DNA from: a virus
Taxonomy: Duplodnaviria > Caudoviricetes
DNA: 64,000 nucleotides
IMG/VR virus record: IMGVR_UViG_3300014059_000006
Coordinates: 32,001-96,000 of that record
Direction: 5' to 3' (one strand)
The notes beneath the pieces are model-generated. The model was given only the letters and a program-made list of their open reading frames with translations, was not told the DNA's origin and did not search any database. Both the position numbers and the translations under genes were made by a program. Positions 59,206-64,000 of this stretch are shown piece by piece (position 1 is the stretch's first letter; each line of letters opens with the position of its first letter).

Positions 59206-59236
59206 TTTGTATTATTAATATTTATTGTTACCTTTG
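59206..59236 (+). promoter_or_regulatory. Bacteroidota housekeeping-sigma promoter (TTTG-N19-TACCTTTG)
   Basis: Exact consensus match; shares TGTTACCTTTGTATT with the promoter upstream of 16800. Confidence 0.75.
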
Positions 59237-59247
59237 TATTCATAAAT

Positions 59248-59922
59248 ATGAATAGTAATGTACTCCCGTCTTCATATGAATTATACTCTCATACAAAAAT
59301 ATGTGGGATATACAAAATAACCTCTCCTTCGGGAAGGATTTATATTGGTAGTTCTAAAAACATTTATAAAAGATGGTATAGGTATGGGCACGAAAGTATA
59401 AAAAATCAAATTAAATTGTCTAACTCCATTCAAAAATACGGTTGGGCATCTCACACTTTTGAAATATTAGAGGAATGTGAAACTAATAAACTTTATTCCC
59501 TTGAAAGAGCTTGGGGAGATTTTTATAGTGTGATTACTACAGGATTGAATTGTCAATTACCCGGTAAAGAATCTATAAAACCCTGTATTTCAGAAGAAAC
59601 TAGACAAAAAATAAGAATAAAAGCTACTGGAAGAGTTGTTTCAGAAGAAACAAGAAATAAACTTAGTTTAGCAAAAAAAGGTAAAAAATTATCATTGGAA
59701 CATGTTGAAAAAATAAGAAATAATAGTAAAGGTAAAAAAATGTCAGAGGAAGCTCGAGAAAAAATTATCCTAAACTTATCTAAAATTATTTTAGACACTT
59801 CTACAGGAGTTTTTTATAACTCTGTTAAGGAAGCGGCAAATTATTTTAATATAAATTATTCGACTTTGAGGTCAATGTTACAAGGAAAAAATAAAAATAA
59901 AACAAACTTAATATATGCTTAA
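59248..59922 (+). CDS. Free-standing GIY-YIG homing endonuclease with NUMOD3 repeats and C-terminal NUMOD1/HTH
   Basis: CGIYKIT...IYIGSS...RW...FEILEE...GLNC; SEETRQKI, SEETRNKL and SEEAREKI repeats; YNSVKEAANYF. Confidence 0.92.
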   Translation: MNSNVLPSSYELYSHTKICGIYKITSPSGRIYIGSSKNIYKRWYRYGHESIKNQIKLSNSIQKYGWASHTFEILEECETNKLYSLERAWGDFYSVITTGLNCQLPGKESIKPCISEETRQKIRIKATGRVVSEETRNKLSLAKKGKKLSLEHVEKIRNNSKGKKMSEEAREKIILNLSKIILDTSTGVFYNSVKEAANYFNINYSTLRSMLQGKNKNKTNLIYA

Positions 59923-61585
59923 TTATGAAAACATAGGGGGCTGGTTCAGTCCGAAAGATGTGGAAACGTATCGTCGACTTATAGATTATCTACCAGATAA
60001 TAGTGTTATATGTGAACTCGGTTCTTGGAAAGGACGTAGTATATGTTCTGTAGCAGATATTATACTTAAAAAAAATCTTTTTGTAAATATTGTAGACACA
60101 TTTGAAGGTACAGAAAATGAAGGAGATGCTCACAAAGAAGCTAAACAAGTAGATTTATGTAAAGAGTTTTTTGAAACAACTGCTAAATTCGGATTAGATA
60201 AAGCAAATTTAGTAGTTTATAAGTGTACTACTGACGAAGCTTTTGAAAAATTTAAAGAACTAAAACATTTAAAATTTGATTTTATTTTTATAGATGCTGA
60301 CCATTCTACAGAAGCAGTTACTAAAGACATTCAAAATTATTCGCAATTATTAAGAAATGAAAACTCAATACTTGCCGGTCACGACCTTTCGTGGCAATCT
60401 GTTCAAAAAGCTATAGAAAATTGTATTGAAGATATCAATACAATGACTCATAACGGAGAGAATCTATGGTGGTTCGAACCTCAGAAAGTCACATATAAAA
60501 AAAATATTTCTACAAATTTTAATGGTGTAACAGCAGTTGTATGTACAAAAGATAGATATCCACAACTATATAACACTCTTCTTTGTATTCAAAGCCAAAG
60601 GATTTCTCCTAAAGACTTGTTTATTTATGATGATAGTGATAATAAAATAGATATAAAAAACATATACGAATGGCAATCGTTGTGGAATATGTTAGAAACT
60701 CGAGGAATTAATGTTGTTTATAAACCAACTAATAATCACGGACAAAATAAAAATCATCAAGATTCAGTAATAACTGCAACAACTAAATATATATGGAGAG
60801 TGGATGACGATTTAATATTTGGACCCAATGTGCTGTATGAATTATTTTCAACAATATCATTGTCTCCTAAAATAGGTGCTGTTGGTCCAAGAGTATCTAT
60901 GCCAAATAACAACACAGTATTTGAACAAGTTTCAGGAAAAATGCAAGACATTTTTACTAAACCAGGAATACAATTAAGCATAAGTGGAGAAGGGCAACAC
61001 GAAGTAGAACATCTTCATTGTACTTTTTTATATGATAGGACATTAGGTGCTTCTTACCATCCTGATTTATCTCAAGTTGGTCATAGAGAAGAAACTATAT
61101 TTAGTCATAATATATTCAAATTGGGATACAAACTCATTGTAGATTTAAATGTAAATGTTTTTCATTTAAAATGTCCTTCCGGTGGAATACGTAGTGAACA
61201 AATGACTGCAGAAATGTTTGTAAGTGATGAACATAAATTCAAAGATTACTTAAACGATGTAACAGTTGTAGAAGAAAATGTTCCTGCCAAACTCCCTTTT
61301 TATTATTTAAATAATGGAATAGGCGACCATTTAGCTTTTAAACAACTTCTTCCTGAATTATTTTTAACTTCAGATAATTTACTTATTGCATGCGTTTATC
61401 CTGAAGTATTTTGGGATATTCAAAATATACAAATTATTTCATTAGAAGAAGGAAAAAAAATTATAGCAGAACGCGGAGAAACAGAAAAAGATTATTCGGT
61501 ATACGAAGTGATGCAAAATTCTGAAAAAGAATTTAGAGGAAACGGTAATTACATATTACAAGCGTATCGTAAATTGTATTTATAA
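59915..61585 (+). CDS. Fusion of class I SAM methyltransferase, GT2 glycosyltransferase and GT9-like N-terminal domain
   Basis: ELGSWKGRS, VDTF, FDFIFIDADH and GHD (methyltransferase); VVCTKDR, IYDD and RVDDD (GT-A fold); NNGIGDHL (GT9/heptosyltransferase-like N-domain). Confidence 0.8.
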   Translation: MLNYENIGGWFSPKDVETYRRLIDYLPDNSVICELGSWKGRSICSVADIILKKNLFVNIVDTFEGTENEGDAHKEAKQVDLCKEFFETTAKFGLDKANLVVYKCTTDEAFEKFKELKHLKFDFIFIDADHSTEAVTKDIQNYSQLLRNENSILAGHDLSWQSVQKAIENCIEDINTMTHNGENLWWFEPQKVTYKKNISTNFNGVTAVVCTKDRYPQLYNTLLCIQSQRISPKDLFIYDDSDNKIDIKNIYEWQSLWNMLETRGINVVYKPTNNHGQNKNHQDSVITATTKYIWRVDDDLIFGPNVLYELFSTISLSPKIGAVGPRVSMPNNNTVFEQVSGKMQDIFTKPGIQLSISGEGQHEVEHLHCTFLYDRTLGASYHPDLSQVGHREETIFSHNIFKLGYKLIVDLNVNVFHLKCPSGGIRSEQMTAEMFVSDEHKFKDYLNDVTVVEENVPAKLPFYYLNNGIGDHLAFKQLLPELFLTSDNLLIACVYPEVFWDIQNIQIISLEEGKKIIAERGETEKDYSVYEVMQNSEKEFRGNGNYILQAYRKLYL

Positions 61586-61992
61586 TGGAACAATATTATA
61601 CCCCCGAAATAGAAGATTTTAGAGTTGGTTACGAATATGAAAGATTAAACGATAAAACTTGGAATAAGGAAACATTAGAGAGTCACATGCTTTATACACC
61701 AAATATTGGTGAGGCGTGTGACTCAGAAATAACTGAGATTTTACGTGATTTACATGATAATAAAATTAGAGTCCCCTATCTCACAAAAGAACAAATAAAA
61801 GCGGAGGGGTGGGAGTTAAGAACCGAAGGTTATTCAAGAAATTTTTATGAAAAAGGTGAAGAATCACTTTTAGTTCATCATGTTGGACATTGGATTATAA
61901 TTACAGACCTTTCGGAAGAACAAATTTATAAAGGTGATTGCAAATCTATTAATGAATTTAGAACTATAATGAAATTATTAAATATAAAATGA
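61585..61992 (+). CDS. Hypothetical phage protein
   Basis: 135-aa ORF with TAATG coupling; YYTP-x-IEDF-x-VGYEYE N-terminus. Confidence 0.6.
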   Translation: MEQYYTPEIEDFRVGYEYERLNDKTWNKETLESHMLYTPNIGEACDSEITEILRDLHDNKIRVPYLTKEQIKAEGWELRTEGYSRNFYEKGEESLLVHHVGHWIIITDLSEEQIYKGDCKSINEFRTIMKLLNIK

Positions 61993-62423
61993 TAGAGTTA
62001 GAATATTATTGCCCACAATGTGAAGACTTCTTTATAGGGGAATATGATACAAATTATAGATGTAAATGTGGAGCACTTTTATATTTAGATTGTTTTGATG
62101 ATGAATATGCGGGAACACTTGGGTGTTGTAATACAGTTGAAAATTCCTATAAACACAAAATTCAAGAAGTGTTTCCTATGTTACATAGTCATTATATTTC
62201 GTATTTAAAAAAGTATTGTATTACTAAAAGTAAGGAAGACCCTACCTCAGTTGGTTATGGAACTCCTATTTATGGAGGATGTTTTGAAACAGAAAATGAA
62301 GTTTGGTCGGCATGTCACCTACTTTTTACAAAGTACAATCCTTCTAATATAGAAGAATTTGATGAAATTGTTAAAAACATAATATTTTCGGGAATTTCTG
62401 GTTACTTCGGATTACAAAAATAA
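61989..62423 (+). CDS. Hypothetical protein with N-terminal zinc ribbon
   Basis: CPQC-x13-CKCG; ATGA overlap with the upstream gene. Confidence 0.55.
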   Translation: MIELEYYCPQCEDFFIGEYDTNYRCKCGALLYLDCFDDEYAGTLGCCNTVENSYKHKIQEVFPMLHSHYISYLKKYCITKSKEDPTSVGYGTPIYGGCFETENEVWSACHLLFTKYNPSNIEEFDEIVKNIIFSGISGYFGLQK

Positions 62424-62429
62424 AATAAT

Positions 62430-62765
62430 ATGAACATAGAAACTTTTAAAAATGAAATAATAACTTCCCTTAATTTTAAGAATTATGGAGATGTTTTTAT
62501 ACTAGATAAAAATTTTATACATAGCGATGTTTTATACAGATATCATTTACATATAATATCGGAAAGCCGCGTTTATATAAGTAAGTGTTTACGGGTGAAT
62601 GTTATACCTACAGATTCTATAGAATTAAATATACTAAATAATACATTAAAATTGTGTTGCAGTTGTTATAATAGTTCAAAATCTACTAATGTAAACAAAG
62701 TATTCTTTTTAATTGAGGATATTGAAAATACACAAGATATAATTAACTATATAAATATATTATAA
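62430..62765 (+). CDS. Hypothetical protein
   Basis: 111-aa ORF that fills the gap in the operon; very AT-rich. Confidence 0.45.
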   Translation: MNIETFKNEIITSLNFKNYGDVFILDKNFIHSDVLYRYHLHIISESRVYISKCLRVNVIPTDSIELNILNNTLKLCCSCYNSSKSTNVNKVFFLIEDIENTQDIINYINIL

Positions 62766-62766
62766 T

Positions 62767-63465
62767 ATGAAACCTTTAATTAGTATTGTGATTCCTACAG
62801 TAAATGACTACGAAAAGTTGTTAAAGCCATGTTTGGATTCAATTTTTCTATATACTGAACTTTCAAATATAGAAATTATTGTTGTAAACAATGCAATTCC
62901 CAATCATGAAAAAATTCATTTTACAGCACTTCCTGAAGAAGTTAAAGTTATTTCTTATCCTATACCATTAGGATATCCTAAAGCAGTTAATAAAGGAATA
63001 GAAATAGCACAAGGAAAGTATATTCTTTTATTAAACAATGATACAGTTCTTCTTCCCCAACCTAAAAATGATTGGTTGAATAAACTTCTTCTTCCTTTTT
63101 TTGAAGATGAAAAAACAGGAATCACCGGGGTTTTTAAAAAACATATTCCTGAAATTAATAGAAATTTCATATTGTTTTTTTGTGCTTTAATTTCTAAAGA
63201 AGTAATAGAAAAAATAGGACTATTGGATGAATCATTTGGCTTGGGATATTGTGAAGATATGCTCATGTCTCTTAAAGTTGAGGATGCGGGATATAAATTA
63301 GTAGCAGTTCCTGATGATAAAATTGCAGATAATTTTGATGGAAACTTATATGTGTCCAATTTTCAAATATATCATGCTGCACGAGCAACAATGAATAATA
63401 TTTCAGACGAAGCTACAGAAAGTTATAATAAAAATTTTAAAAAATTAATTGAAAAATATGCATAA
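62767..63465 (+). CDS. GT2-family glycosyltransferase
   Basis: LISIVIPT, CLDSI, EIIVVNN, GYPKAVNKGI, LLLNNDT, IGLLDE-x-F...YCED. Confidence 0.92.
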   Translation: MKPLISIVIPTVNDYEKLLKPCLDSIFLYTELSNIEIIVVNNAIPNHEKIHFTALPEEVKVISYPIPLGYPKAVNKGIEIAQGKYILLLNNDTVLLPQPKNDWLNKLLLPFFEDEKTGITGVFKKHIPEINRNFILFFCALISKEVIEKIGLLDESFGLGYCEDMLMSLKVEDAGYKLVAVPDDKIADNFDGNLYVSNFQIYHAARATMNNISDEATESYNKNFKKLIEKYA

Positions 63466-63955
63466 TAAAAACATTTTAATATCACCATATTCTAAAAAAA
63501 TAGAAGGAAAATTATCCCCAAAAGATTGGGGCAAAGAGAATTGGGAAGCCCTTGTAAAAAAAATAAGAGAACATTCTGATTATAATCTTATTCAAGTGGG
63601 TGTAGAAGGAGAAGAAAAAATTAAAGGCGTAGATTTATGTATTTTTAATATACCCTTTGACAAGTTAAAACGTATAGTACAAAATTCTCGTGTGGTTATA
63701 TCTGTAGATAATTTTATGCCTCATTTTTGTAAAACTGTTAATAAAAAATGTTGTGTTATTTGGGGGCCTTCTGATTCTAATATTTTTGGTTATCCTGAAA
63801 ATAAAAATATATTAGGAAACACAAAATTAATGCGGAAACAACAATTTTGGCTTTGGAGTCAGATGGAGCAAGATGAAATAAAAAATGGAGTATATAACCC
63901 CAACGCTTTTCCTTCTGTAGATGATGTATTCAAACACATAAAAAATTCCATATAA
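63458..63955 (+). CDS. GT9 (heptosyltransferase-like) C-terminal nucleotide-sugar-binding domain as a stand-alone protein
   Basis: ILISP...KDW...W-x-x-LV, IQVG, ISVDNFMPH, VIWGPS; ATG at 63458 preferred over the TTG at 63449. Confidence 0.8.
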   Translation: MHNKNILISPYSKKIEGKLSPKDWGKENWEALVKKIREHSDYNLIQVGVEGEEKIKGVDLCIFNIPFDKLKRIVQNSRVVISVDNFMPHFCKTVNKKCCVIWGPSDSNIFGYPENKNILGNTKLMRKQQFWLWSQMEQDEIKNGVYNPNAFPSVDDVFKHIKNSI

Positions 63956-63956
63956 A

Positions 63957-63988
63957 TTTGCTTTATTCCTAACTTTACATTATATTAA
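63957..63988 (+). promoter_or_regulatory. Putative phage promoter TTTG-N20-TATATTAA
   Basis: Copy of the five-member motif at the window end. Confidence 0.45.
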
Positions 63989-64000
63989 TACTGTAGGAAA

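Noticed and set aside
107-63359. Numerous 60-135-aa minus-strand ORFs in the track
   Set aside because: All overlap longer, motif-bearing plus-strand genes and show the Ser/Phe/Leu-rich composition expected of antisense frames
1-64000. Stop-codon reassignment as known in some crAss-like phages
   Set aside because: Genes up to 8.8 kb are uninterrupted in code 11, and TAG (25393-25395) and TGA (61990-61992) appear to act as real stops

Overview
AT-rich segment of a tailed dsDNA phage genome, most likely crAss-like (Crassvirales-type) and infecting a Bacteroidota host (TTTG-N19-TAnnTTTG promoters, AT-rich ribosome-binding regions). All credible genes are on the + strand and read in standard code 11. 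Gene order: terminase large subunit (5'-truncated), portal, scaffold-like protein, major capsid protein, head/auxiliary capsid proteins, a degenerate tRNA(CAT), ring/hub proteins, two Cys-rich fibre-like proteins, a metallophosphoesterase, an IHF-like protein, tail rings and muzzle, then giant virion cargo (ejection) proteins including a zincin-plus-DFDIDK RNA polymerase, a ferritin, a 1775-aa (Ser-Gly-X)n fibre, a GIY-YIG endonuclease and a methyltransferase/glycosyltransferase cluster. Two observations stand out. (1) Four cargo proteins totalling 7508 aa contain only six cysteines by my reading, all within five residues of a terminus and arranged as a head-to-tail chain, suggesting a disulfide-linked ejection train. 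(2) The 2921-aa cargo protein holds an in-frame array of five unrelated payload domains, one ADP-ribosyltransferase-like, each bracketed by conserved left and right repeats (near-identical in DNA for most copies) and showing foreign Arg codon usage, suggesting a swappable cassette system for injected effectors. Family assignments come from recalled motifs and gene order only; no searches were run.
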